64,000 bases of DNA. Origin: Tricharina praecox. Lineage: Eukaryota. The stretch lies in assembly GCF_024521635.1 (NCBI RefSeq), contig NW_026250412.1, positions 992,001-1,056,000 of the forward strand, read 5' to 3'. This document shows positions 47,150 through 57,532 of the stretch, piece after piece; position 1 is the stretch's first letter; each line of letters begins with the position of its first letter. The translations under genes and the position numbers were made by a program. The notes beneath the pieces were generated by a model. It saw nothing but the letters and a program-made list of their open reading frames with translations, had not been told where the DNA came from and did not search any database.

Positions 47150-49088
47150 ATGGCTACTTACAGGTCTATCATCGAGGTCGATCCTCACGTTGCGACGATA
47201 TGCAACCCGACCAACACCGAGCCAGAGGTAGGTCACCCGGAAATATCGACAGGCATCGGTCCGACTATCTAACCTGCGCGGCGTAGTTCCGGGATAACGA
47301 CTATCAACCACCAGGGTATACACAGCCGGTTGCCGACGTCCCCCCCTCCCCCACTGCCTGCGAGCGCGCGTTAACCACGAAGGCGCTTGTCAAGATCCGC
47401 CATCAGCCATGGCACACTGAGCTTGACGGAGTCGATCCAGGAGTACCTGATCATGAACGGTACCTATGCATCCCACTCCCACGCCGGCGACCTAGTACCT
47501 AACCCCCACCCGCAAGGACGGAGTTACCACAAATACTTTGGCGACGAGAAGAACTACATGCCGACGGACGACCGGGAGCAGGACCGGTATGTATCTTAGC
47601 AGGATCTCTGTGTTCTCGCTCCTCCAACTAAATTTCGTGCAGGATGGATATTCACCACCAACTCATACTCCGCATCCTGAACGAGGAACTGCACAAAGCT
47701 CCGGTGGAGAATCCAAGAAGCGTGTTGGATGTCGGCACAGGCACCGGCGCCTGGGCTATCGATATGGCGGATAAGTGGCCTAGAGCTAAGGTTACGGGGA
47801 TCGATCTGAGGTGCGTGGGTGCGTGGTTGGGTGGATGAACAAGTGCGTCGCGGAAGGGGTTGCTGACGAGATATGAGTATGTACATAGCCCGATTCAACC
47901 GAAATGGTGCGCGTCCTGGTGGACGCGATGGCGATGATGGCGATGGCGATGTTCTTGCTGATATGGAGCCTATCAGGGTCCCGCCGAATTGGTGAGTCTA
48001 CCGTACCATGGCCCCTCTGGAGCTTTCCGTTGCATGCCAACCTAACATGTACTGACCCGGCCAGTATCTTTGAAGTCGACGACGTGGAGCGCGAATGGAC
48101 AGACAATAACGTGAGCTGCCCCGAGCAAAACAGAAAGCTCACTCGCTCACGCTTACCTGACCGCTCAACAGGACGCATTCGACTTTATCCACTTTCGCAA
48201 TGGTAGCTCACAGTCTCCACTACTTCCGAGAATCGAGGATCTCTTGCTGATGCTGCAAAATCAGTCGCCCAGGGAATTACCGAATGGGACTACGTATTAT
48301 CGGAGGCATACCGGTAAGCTTCCCCCACCTCACCCGTCTACACACTACGATACTAACCCCGCCACTGCAGCTGCCTCGAACCCGGCGGCTTCGTCGAGCT
48401 CTCCGAAACGGGGGGTACCTTTCCCGCCTCCCCGTCCCCTCCCCCTGCCTCGCACCACTAACCCCTACCCCCACAGCAATGGCCTACTGCGACGACGGCA
48501 CGATGTCGGCGACCAACGCGACGAAGTACTACTGCGACCTGATCGCGCGGGCGATGACGCTAGTGAACCGACCACCGATCACGTCGGGCGTGCTCCCGGC
48601 GCGCCTGCGCGCCGCCGGCTTCGTCGATATCCACTCGTTCGAGCTGAAGCAGCCGTTTGGCGTGTGGGCGAAGGAGGAGCGGCTCAAGCTTGCGGGAAGG
48701 TGCCTCCTGGAGCAGGCGGAGACGCTGTTTCATTCTTACGGTAAATAAAAAGAGTGTTGGTGCGGGATGGGGAGGGATGGTGCTGATTGGTGATGCGAAC
48801 ACTACCTAGGTATGGCCGCGTTCACGAGGATTCTGGGAATGGACGATGAGGAGGCGGACCAGATCTGCCGCGAGGGCTGCGAGGCGGCTAGTGATCCCAA
48901 CACGCACATTTATTCTATACAGTAAGTCGGCTCGTGAATCATGATTGGTGCTACCTACTATGACAGGATAGCGCGGACTGGAGTGGACTAGACCGCTGAT
49001 TTCAATTTTCCGGTGCTGCAGCTATATCTCGTACGGCCGGAAGCCGCGGCCGGGAGAAAATGTGGAGAATTGGGATGACGGGAGATAG
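47150..49088 (+). CDS. class I SAM-dependent methyltransferase (LaeA-like fungal family), many introns
   Basis: SLTESIQEY..NGRSYH, MPTDDREQDRMD..H, VLDVGTGTGAWAIDMAD, GIDLSPIQPKWVPPNC.FEVDD, L.PGGFVELSE, AAGFVDI, terminal YGRKP; TAG at 49086-49088. Confidence 0.9.
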
Positions 49089-49844
49089 ATGTTTGAATGA
49101 AGTCGAGTAGACGCCTGCCGTACATGACGTGTCGTCGAGTGATTCTTGGGATTCGGTTTTTTTTTTCCAGTGAGCTTGTCTGGGTCCGTAAAAAGAAGGG
49201 CTTCCAATAGGTACTGTATCACGTGCCATCACTCGCACGGCGAATTTAGACCTCCACTCGTTTATATTAGGCGCTTGATTCTTTCTCTCTCATTTCTATT
49301 AGATACATGGAGAGAACATGTACCTTACATATGGACGGCGCGGGAGACTTAACGGAGTGGGATCAATACATACAACTGCTTTATGTATGACCATGTTCTC
49401 CGTCTTGACTGTTCACCCGTGACCAAGCCCCCCGAATCCCCCCTGGATCACCCCCAAGAAAAAACGTTACATTATATGATCCCTGAAAGTTGAAACGGCG
49501 CCGCCGATCTGCCTGCCTTTTAATTTTCGCTTAACTACTACCTGGTATATGGCGCTTTAATAATAATAACTCTATTTCAACCGCGGTGCTTGCTCCCCAT
49601 ATATCTACCGTGATTGTTGCAACTGGTGGCGACTTTGCTCGTTTTCTCGGCGGTTGATCTGGACTCTGGAGACTCTGCTTTGGACGTGTGGACGAAAGTG
49701 GTACATGGATGTACAAGGTACCTAAGTAGGTGGATACTGAGGGAAACCCGGCCCCGGCAGACACCCACCCAAAGTTCAAACCCACGATACCTAAATATTT
49801 GGGCACGCGTTAAAATAGCGTAGCGCAAATAGTTATAGGGCGGC

Positions 49845-51014
49845 CGGATCATATGAAGGATCTCTCCTCATAACCGCTGTAAGGTGATAGTGAAGTTTTA
49901 AGGAGCACTGTTCGGAAGGAGTCAACGAGTCGGTCATGCGAGCAGTATGATGAGTCCGGAGGAGGAGATGTGTTCTGCTGTCAAGTCTCGTTGTCGGGTC
50001 TACCGGTATCTCACAATGGCAGCCATATTCTGGATATATAGAAGGGCACCGGCTCGTAGTAGACGAAGAAGGAAGCAACAACATGGTCACAACTTCCTAC
50101 CTATCCTCCTATCGATCTCAGTATATTTGACAGCCAAGAACCAGGGAGACGCCGGGAAGCAGCCATGGATTGAGAGTGCACCCCGCAGTCAATTAAGAAG
50201 CCGATATCGCCCTCTCGCACAGCGGCCAGAGCAACAACATTTGGCCGATGGTGCAAGCATGCTTCTCATGCATGGCCGGAGGAAAGACCTTTACTCTGAA
50301 AGGAAGACGACCTCCGCGTATAATGTGGGGGGTTCGTAAACCACGTTATACGCGTATATCTTGGGACGGTAGTAGACCAAGTTATACTTCTTTGGTTATT
50401 TATGTACTCGTCCTAAACCGTCTGTAGCCCGGTTTCGGAGGCATGTAGTGGGCCTTGGCCATGCATGTGGCATATCTCTCACACAAGCGCATGCATGGCC
50501 AGGAGGAAAGACCTTTGCTCAATGCTCTCTCACAGCAAGGGAAGAAAACCTCAGCGCATAACGTGGGGGTTAATAAACCACGATACACGCGTACAACTCG
50601 GAAGTTATACTTTCTTTATTTTTTTCTTCCCCATCAACACGAACCCGGCTGTCACCCGGTTTCGGAGAGGCCATCCACCGACTGGGAGCAAGTCGGCTGT
50701 CACCCGACTTGGACTCCCAGAGGAAGGGGAAAAGAACTTGTGCCGGTAGCAGAAGAGAAAACCCCGTTCAAGTTGGATCTTTTCTACTCAGCCTCGAGGG
50801 TTGGGTCCGTCTATTCGTGCTGCAACAGTCTACTTTGTAGACAGGTTGCACGGATCCTCAGTTCCTCGCTGCTACGGCTGGGCAGGATGGCTCTGTGAGG
50901 TTATCCTGGAAGTAAAAAGTGTGGCGGGAGAGAGAAAAACTTACCTCGAGGTTTGATCTCGAGATCAAGTGGAAGGAAGGAAGGAAGGGAGGAAGAAATG
51001 GGAAGGAAGGAAGG
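49845..51014 (-). repeat. Family B, copy B5 (core-X-Y), 5' part interrupted by a TA-MITE
   Basis: Reverse complement of the B body, then X (~50140-50060) and Y (~50060-49845); a diverged CTATAAAACCCCCC block lies at ~51284-51297. Confidence 0.85.
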
Positions 51015-51016
51015 TA

Positions 51017-51114
51017 CTGTATAGTGAAGGGGAGGGTAAAAAATACGCTTTGTGGGCGTACCGTATCGGTACGGCCACAAAGCGTATTTTTTACCCCCCC
51101 CCTTCACTATACAG
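51017..51114. mobile_element. TA-TSD MITE, copy 3, 98 bp
   Basis: Same TIRs; TA at 51015-51016 and 51115-51116. Confidence 0.85.
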
Positions 51115-51848
51115 TAGCGTTACTGCCAGTACCCCTATTGTCGATATCGGACCGTGGAAAATAATTAAACTAGGTAATCTAAGTCGGTAGCATGAATCAC
51201 TAATTAGTATCAGACGGGAAAGAAGGAGAAGAAGTTAATGAGTGGAGGGAGGAAGGAGAAAGAGAGGAAGAGTTGGGAGGAAAGGGGGGTTTTATAGGTG
51301 AAGCGGGTGGAATTCTAAGCAACCACTTCTAGCGCAGTAGCCGCGACTCAAAAGTTTGTTGTGCAGAAATCACCACTACATTCCAAGGTGTTGACAGATG
51401 TTTGACATCACACGAAGTCATTCCAGCTCCGAGTGAGTCATTATGAACACATTCCCATAGCTAGGAATAGCGACAAACCCGCAAACAATTACATACTTAC
51501 TGATTAAACAAAAAAAGAATAGCGACAAACGTGAGATGGTGGCGACCAAGTTTGTTACTTTCCATACGCAGCTCTCCCACGAGCAGGCGTGTGCAATTTG
51601 ATGCTGCCACACCAGCCAACCTAAATAGACACACCGAGATGACAGTTGGGCGGGGGTTGCACGAGGAAGCTCCATGTATTCGCACTTGGAAGCAATAAAT
51701 AAACCAAAAAAGAGAGCGTCAACGAGGGAATGGTGATAGTTACTTCAATTGAATAGAAACAGACCGGCAAGGGTTGTTACAACTCACTATCCGCGACATA
51801 ACCCACTCCCAGGTAGAAGTACTTACTCACTTAGCTATGGGAGGATCT

Positions 51849-52100
51849 TCAATCCAAATACCTATGAAACCTCCACCGCAACACGACTATAGCCGCCAGA
51901 CTCCCCGCGCACCCGCACGGCAACTTTCGGTCTCTAAGTCTCCTCATCTCGCTCCTCCATTGCTGTAGACACACCGGGTGGAGCATGTGTTTCCTGCGAC
52001 ACGGCATCCGACACGCTTCTGGACTGCCCGGTGCATGTGGCCCGCAGATGTACGGGCAGTAGCAGTCGTCGAAGACTTCCGTTGCTAGGCGCTTCGGCAT
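51849..52100 (-). CDS. small RING-like zinc-finger protein (83 aa)
   Basis: CYCPYIC...PCRRKHMLHPVCLQQW...LPCGC resembles RING-H2 ligand spacing. Confidence 0.4.
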   Translation of the reverse strand: MPKRLATEVFDDCYCPYICGPHAPGSPEACRMPCRRKHMLHPVCLQQWRSEMRRLRDRKLPCGCAGSLAAIVVLRWRFHRYLD

Positions 52101-53045
52101 TCTTTGGTAGTGTGTAGGTAGACGGATATTTGGGCAGTAGTATGTGATGGAAGAAAATAGGATGGTTCGTGAGACAGGAGACTTGCCGCCCACAGAGTCC
52201 GGATGGGCTGGCTGTGTTTATTTTTGTCAGGGGCTGCATTTGAATGCAAAGGTCTTCGTGTTGACTTAACTGCTTACCTGGTGGTTGGCCATTCTATTAC
52301 AGAAGAGCACCGGCTTCCCGGTTGATGGCTTGCCCTTTGATTCTGGCCTTCAAGAGGACGCCTGCGAGCGCCAACACGCTGTGTTCATGAGTAGCTGTAG
52401 CAATGGGAAATAGGCTCGTTGGGACATCCTCCTGGCTCATGTTGTATCGAGAAGGATGGCTCATTGTCACGAGAGTCCCTCCATACATATCACACGGGGG
52501 ACAATGAACCTGAAATTATGTCTTCAGAATCCGTCTTCAATTGCTTCTATTAAACAGCCATGGGGTTTATCGTACGCATGCATCTGGCAAACGTATCATG
52601 TTGAGTGATATCCTGAGATCATGCACCATAATCCCGCCACTGCCGCCGGAAAGGTAATCAGCGCCAGATAGCCGCAGTCTCTCACGCTAATTGCCACACA
52701 GGTTGACGACAGGCGCCCGCACACCAAGTGCAGAAATAGCCACATTCCAGGATTACACCCCATATATCTACCGTACATATAGTAGGATTCAAGATGCGAC
52801 GAGCTTTTTGCCATTTGATTCTTTTTTTTGGTTTCTCGAAATTGACCTCGTGGCTACCGTTTGGCCATTGCATCCTTCCCGTTGATCCACACCTGAAACA
52901 ACGCGACGTCACATCACAGCACACGCTAGCACGTGTCCCTGCAGGCTGCAACTGCAACCCCGCCGCCAAAAATCCCACGCCGCCACCACCAGCCCATCGC
53001 CGCCCATCGCCGCCTCCCTTCCAGTCACCCGCACACCTACCAAGA

Positions 53046-54791
53046 ATGGCCACCCAATCCGTGCCCTCTGCTGACCCACGGACAGACCCGTTTTCCAAGC
53101 ACTTCACCGGGCCCTTCCAAGGCATCCCTACACGAGTCCTCCCCAGCGACACCCTCGCCTTCACGGCGCACCTCCTCGCGCCCCACGCCTCGGCCACCGC
53201 CCTCACCTCCCTCCGGGACACGATCCTCTCCATCGCACACGCCTGGACGCACAGCTACATCTGGCAGCGCACCTCGGCATTCGACATCTCGCTCTCCGCC
53301 TCGGGCACTTACCTGTCGGGCACACTCGAATACGGCGACGCAATCGACGACGAATGGCTGGCAGTGTCGATCCTCCTCGAAGCGGCGCGCAAAGCCCCGC
53401 ACGCCTGGATCCGCGTCTGCGACTCGGACGGGGAGTTCCTGCTGATCGAGGCGGCGCACGCGCTGCCGCGCTGGCTCAATCCCGACGTCGCCGCACACCG
53501 CGTCTGGCTGCACCAGGGCCGCCTGCTGATCATTCCCCCGGCGGCTAAGAAGACCGCGAAGAAGGAGATCTCGCTTGATGAGGCGCTGAAATTCCTGGCT
53601 GGGTGCGATCCGGAAAGCTTGGTCCGCGATAAGCGGGTGGAGACTGAGGCGCTCGCGAGGACGAGGGAATACCCGGCTGCGGCAGAAAGGCACGCACATC
53701 GTGCGAGGATTGTGGTCCCGAGGAAGATTGCGGGCGTGCTGCATAGCAGCCCGGGGAGTATTGCGGCGGCCGTGGAAGCGTTCTATGTTCGTGATCCGGT
53801 CTCGCTGAGGGCACTGCAGAAGAGCCCCGCGACGACTAGGTTTCCGTGGAGGGATACGGTCGAGATCAGTGCCCGGTTCACGAAGGTCCTGTTTGCGCAG
53901 CTAAAGGGTCAGGTGTGGCTACCGCCGTACGAGGCCAAGTTTCCGATGACCGAAGAGGGGCGGACGGATGTTGGTGTCAAGGTTACCGCCGGCTTCGAGA
54001 TGTTGCTTGCGGAAGCGAGTGAGGTGCTCTTAACTAGCGAGACCCGCCGGACGCTGGTTCGTGAGATAAGGGCGATGATTGATTCAGGTTATGCCGGTCC
54101 GACGGATGCAGAGATCGCGACATGGAGCAATGAAGAAGACGGCGAGGACTGGCTACAGATCGACTTTACCGAGTTTGAGAAGGGATTGAAAGGTGCGCCG
54201 GCGGCGGGTGGCTGGGGAGGCGATGCGGACCAGGAGGGGAAGTTGAAGCGGATGGTGGAGCGGTTCGAGGAGTTTCTCAACGACGACAAGGCTGGTCCCG
54301 ATGGTGTCACGTTTAGCGACGACGAGGAGTTGAACTCGGATGATGACATCTCCGATGAGGATGATGAAGTGGTTGGAGAGGACAAATCAGTGTCCTTCAA
54401 CGAAGACGAGTTTGAGCGTATGATGCGGGACATGATGGGACTTCCGCCGCCATCAGCGGACGCAGAAGAGGAAGCTGCTATTCGCCGTGCTCAGGACCAG
54501 ATAGAGAAGGAGCTCACGGAGGCCGGCGCTATCTCAAGGGACACTGTGCCGAAAATCCAGGAGATAAAGGAGGATGATAATGATCACGATAGCGAAGATG
54601 ACTACGACGATAATGAAAAAGAGGTGGTGGATATCGACTACACTCTGGCAAAGAACCTTCTCGAGAGTTTCAAGGGACAGGGAGGACTCAGTGGGCCTGC
54701 GGGGACACTTTTGGCGAGGATGGGAATGATGTTGCCGAGAGATGAGCCGGAGGCGGAGGTAGAGGGGAAGGGGAAGGAGGTGGTGAGGTAA
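53046..54791 (+). CDS. Ecdysoneless/SGT1 (Ecd)-family protein
   Basis: YIWQR, YGDAIDDEWL, DSDGEFLLIEAA..LPRWLNP..A.HRVWL..G.L, FTKVLFAQL, G.KVTAGFEML, NLLESFKGQGG.SGPAG.LL. Confidence 0.9.
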   Translation: MATQSVPSADPRTDPFSKHFTGPFQGIPTRVLPSDTLAFTAHLLAPHASATALTSLRDTILSIAHAWTHSYIWQRTSAFDISLSASGTYLSGTLEYGDAIDDEWLAVSILLEAARKAPHAWIRVCDSDGEFLLIEAAHALPRWLNPDVAAHRVWLHQGRLLIIPPAAKKTAKKEISLDEALKFLAGCDPESLVRDKRVETEALARTREYPAAAERHAHRARIVVPRKIAGVLHSSPGSIAAAVEAFYVRDPVSLRALQKSPATTRFPWRDTVEISARFTKVLFAQLKGQVWLPPYEAKFPMTEEGRTDVGVKVTAGFEMLLAEASEVLLTSETRRTLVREIRAMIDSGYAGPTDAEIATWSNEEDGEDWLQIDFTEFEKGLKGAPAAGGWGGDADQEGKLKRMVERFEEFLNDDKAGPDGVTFSDDEELNSDDDISDEDDEVVGEDKSVSFNEDEFERMMRDMMGLPPPSADAEEEAAIRRAQDQIEKELTEAGAISRDTVPKIQEIKEDDNDHDSEDDYDDNEKEVVDIDYTLAKNLLESFKGQGGLSGPAGTLLARMGMMLPRDEPEAEVEGKGKEVVR

Positions 54792-54936
54792 AATTGACGG
54801 GCTGTATGAGTTGGATATGGTGCATAGACCATTGACGTGGGCTGGGTGGGTTGGATATGGTGCATAGACCCGGCGTTTGGTGAATGAATATGACATTGCT
54901 GCTTCTCTCCCTGTACGCTCTAAATGTGATATGCCT

Positions 54937-56610
54937 CTACTGCTTCTCCTTCTCCGCCACGATTCTCCTCCCCTCCTCAACCTCATCCCATTTCTCGTCC
55001 CCCTTCTTCTCATCTTCCGTCTCCAATATTTTCAAAACATCCTGCTGCTTCGCCGCCTCGTCGACCTCGATATCCCCCTCAAGCAGATCCTTTAGCAAGC
55101 CTCCCACCGCAAACCGGTATCTCAGATGTCCAGCCACTGTTTCCCCGGCATCGACATTTTCGACACCCGTCACCTCAATCTTCTGTAGTCCGGCAACGCC
55201 CAGCTGGATGCTGCTCGTCCTGTACAGAAACGCGAGGACATAATCCTGCTCGCTGAAGACATTGACCACCCTGCCGGAAACCACCATCCTAATCCTCTCC
55301 CACGCAGATTTAGTCGCCGGCACTGGTGAGCCCATGAGGACGACATTCTCGACGAGCCCAAACGCGCCCCTCTCCGCCAGCTCCAGCAAGCAAGTATAAA
55401 CCACCCTCGCACCCAGCGAGAACCCCACGAGCGTCACCGGCCGCTCACCTTGCGCACGGTTCACAATCGCATCGGCCAGCACCAGCCCCGCCTTCTCGCT
55501 GCGTCTCATGGCGATCGAGAACGGATTATCCACGAGCTTTGCCGCCTTCATCAGACCCAGCGGCCAGAGCGCGGAGTACAGTGTTGCAAAGACGGTGCGC
55601 TTGATGATCTCCCCCTTGACCTTGCCGTAGACATAAGCGCCCAGCATCGTCCTGAGTGCGTTCCCCAGCTCCTGCTGCGCCTCCACCTCCCAGCGGAGCG
55701 CATACGCCTCCACTCCATGTCCGCCGAGACACCTCCACGGCGCGACCACATCCTCCTGCGCATCCACCACCCACCCCGTAACCCCCACTGCAACCCTTAG
55801 CCTCCTCCCCTCCTCCCCCTCCTCCTCCGCACCCCCTACAGGCACAAAACTAAAATCCTTCACCTCAGCCGCATACTTCTCCACCATTCTCCCAGTCATC
55901 CTGCCCCCATACGCACCAAACAGCGTCCCTACCAATGCGCCACTGCCGGCCAGGGCACCCAAATACCCGGCGGCAGCCGTAGCGCCCAATCCCACCGTCC
56001 CCAGCACCGTGCTCAACCCGGCGGCCACCAGCGGCGCTGCCAGTCCCCCCGTAACACCGATCAACGCCGCCCCCGCCACCGACGCAATACCCCACTTCCA
56101 CTTCCGACCTGCGCGCGCCGCGTCCGCGCGGCTGGCGGTCTCGGCCTCGGCGGACATGTGCCGTGCGGCCGCTAGCAGCGACGCCGCGGTGGAAGCCTCG
56201 AGCTCGGCCAGCTTCTGCACGGAAACCCCCAGCTCCGCACACAGCCTCGTCAGCAGCACCCGCGAGCGCGCGTCGTAGCGCTCTGTCGATAAAACCAACA
56301 GCAGGAGCGAGGAGAGGATTAAATCCCCGTGCTCTGCTAGCCCGGCTTCGTCCTCGGAGGTGGAGAAAGGCTCCGCAGCTCCTAAGACCGAGGAGATCCG
56401 CGCGCGCAAAGGGTTCGCCCACGAGGTGAAGCTGCCCACTGCCGCCGTGCGCAGTGAGGTGGTCTCGGCGGATTCGCCGGCGGTGTGGCCCATCTGCTGG
56501 CGCATCGAGTGCGTGGTCGTGTCGAGGAGGCGGAGGAGCGCGTGCCGCTGGGTGGGGGTGAGCGCGCTCTCGAGGGAGGGCTCGTGCTCGTGGGGTTTCG
56601 AGGTCGGCAT
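54937..56610 (-). CDS. DUF726 / TMCO4-like alpha/beta-hydrolase-fold protein
   Basis: YDARSRVLL, GAALIGVTGGLAAP, DNPFS.A..R..KAG..LAD, GERPVTLVGFSLGARV, D.VLAFLYR, GH..Y. Confidence 0.9.
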   Translation of the reverse strand: MPTSKPHEHEPSLESALTPTQRHALLRLLDTTTHSMRQQMGHTAGESAETTSLRTAAVGSFTSWANPLRARISSVLGAAEPFSTSEDEAGLAEHGDLILSSLLLLVLSTERYDARSRVLLTRLCAELGVSVQKLAELEASTAASLLAAARHMSAEAETASRADAARAGRKWKWGIASVAGAALIGVTGGLAAPLVAAGLSTVLGTVGLGATAAAGYLGALAGSGALVGTLFGAYGGRMTGRMVEKYAAEVKDFSFVPVGGAEEEGEEGRRLRVAVGVTGWVVDAQEDVVAPWRCLGGHGVEAYALRWEVEAQQELGNALRTMLGAYVYGKVKGEIIKRTVFATLYSALWPLGLMKAAKLVDNPFSIAMRRSEKAGLVLADAIVNRAQGERPVTLVGFSLGARVVYTCLLELAERGAFGLVENVVLMGSPVPATKSAWERIRMVVSGRVVNVFSEQDYVLAFLYRTSSIQLGVAGLQKIEVTGVENVDAGETVAGHLRYRFAVGGLLKDLLEGDIEVDEAAKQQDVLKILETEDEKKGDEKWDEVEEGRRIVAEKEKQ

Positions 56611-57532
56611 CGTGGTGTGTATCGTATATCGTACGTCGTCTACGGTGTTGCGGGTGGTAAAGAGCTTGAGAGAGCTCGAGAGCGGATTGTTACATAGTGA
56701 TAAACAAGTACCTGCTCAGCCAGAGCTCGGACGGATCATGGATGACGTCAGTGATCCGAGCACGGGAAACAGGGAAGTGCACACTGCGCACGCCGCAAAC
56801 CCGTCATCTGAGACGGCACACTATGGACACGATGAGTTGGTTGCTTTTTTCGAAACAGGACGAGCGCCAGCACGCGGGAAATAGACGCAGGCGGGCGCCA
56901 GAGTGATGGGCTGGTGGGTAGACATGAATAATCACTCACGGTGATATGTAGTGATAGATAGTGATCCGATTTGATCGGGCACTTAGGTACATTGTAGGAT
57001 GCGTGATGTCTCCCAGTAGTTATCAATGGTGAGCGTAGCAAAGAAGGGAGTGTAGCCCTGGGAGCTGAGCGGGAGTGCCTAGACCATGTTTTCCATAAAC
57101 AGGAGAGATAGCAAATAGCAAATAGAGCCAGTCATTACTTAAGTACGTTCAATCAGAGCGAGGTCACTGGCTCTCGATACCTAGAGTATACATACATCCT
57201 CTCATAATCTCACTCGCTTTTCACACCCTCAGCCACTCGGGTCCGATTCGTCCACCTATCTCACGACGGAGGCCAGACGGGCAGAGAGAAAAGGAAATTG
57301 TCGACGAGTGTCGCATTGAAGCACATCTACCCACCGCCGCCAACAAAAGGAAAAATTTCCCTGCCTTTCCCGTGCCTTTCCCCGTCATCATCAAAACATC
57401 AACGGTTCAAATATAGAGCAAAGTAAAGTAAAGTAAAAAACCACAGCACAAACACGCTCCCCATAAAAGAAAGAAAACGATAGTGAAATAAAAAGAGAGA
57501 AGAGGGAAACAAAAAAAAATCCATCCATCAAA

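Noticed and set aside
6720-51014. RIP-type mutation of the repeats
   Set aside because: Repeats remain GC-balanced and retain many CpA/TpG and CpG sites by eye; no AT-rich RIP signature is evident (not quantified).
54795-54870. Direct repeat GTTGGATATGGTGCATAGACC x2 between convergent genes
   Set aside because: Simple ~40-nt local duplication in a 3' UTR region; no further copies seen.
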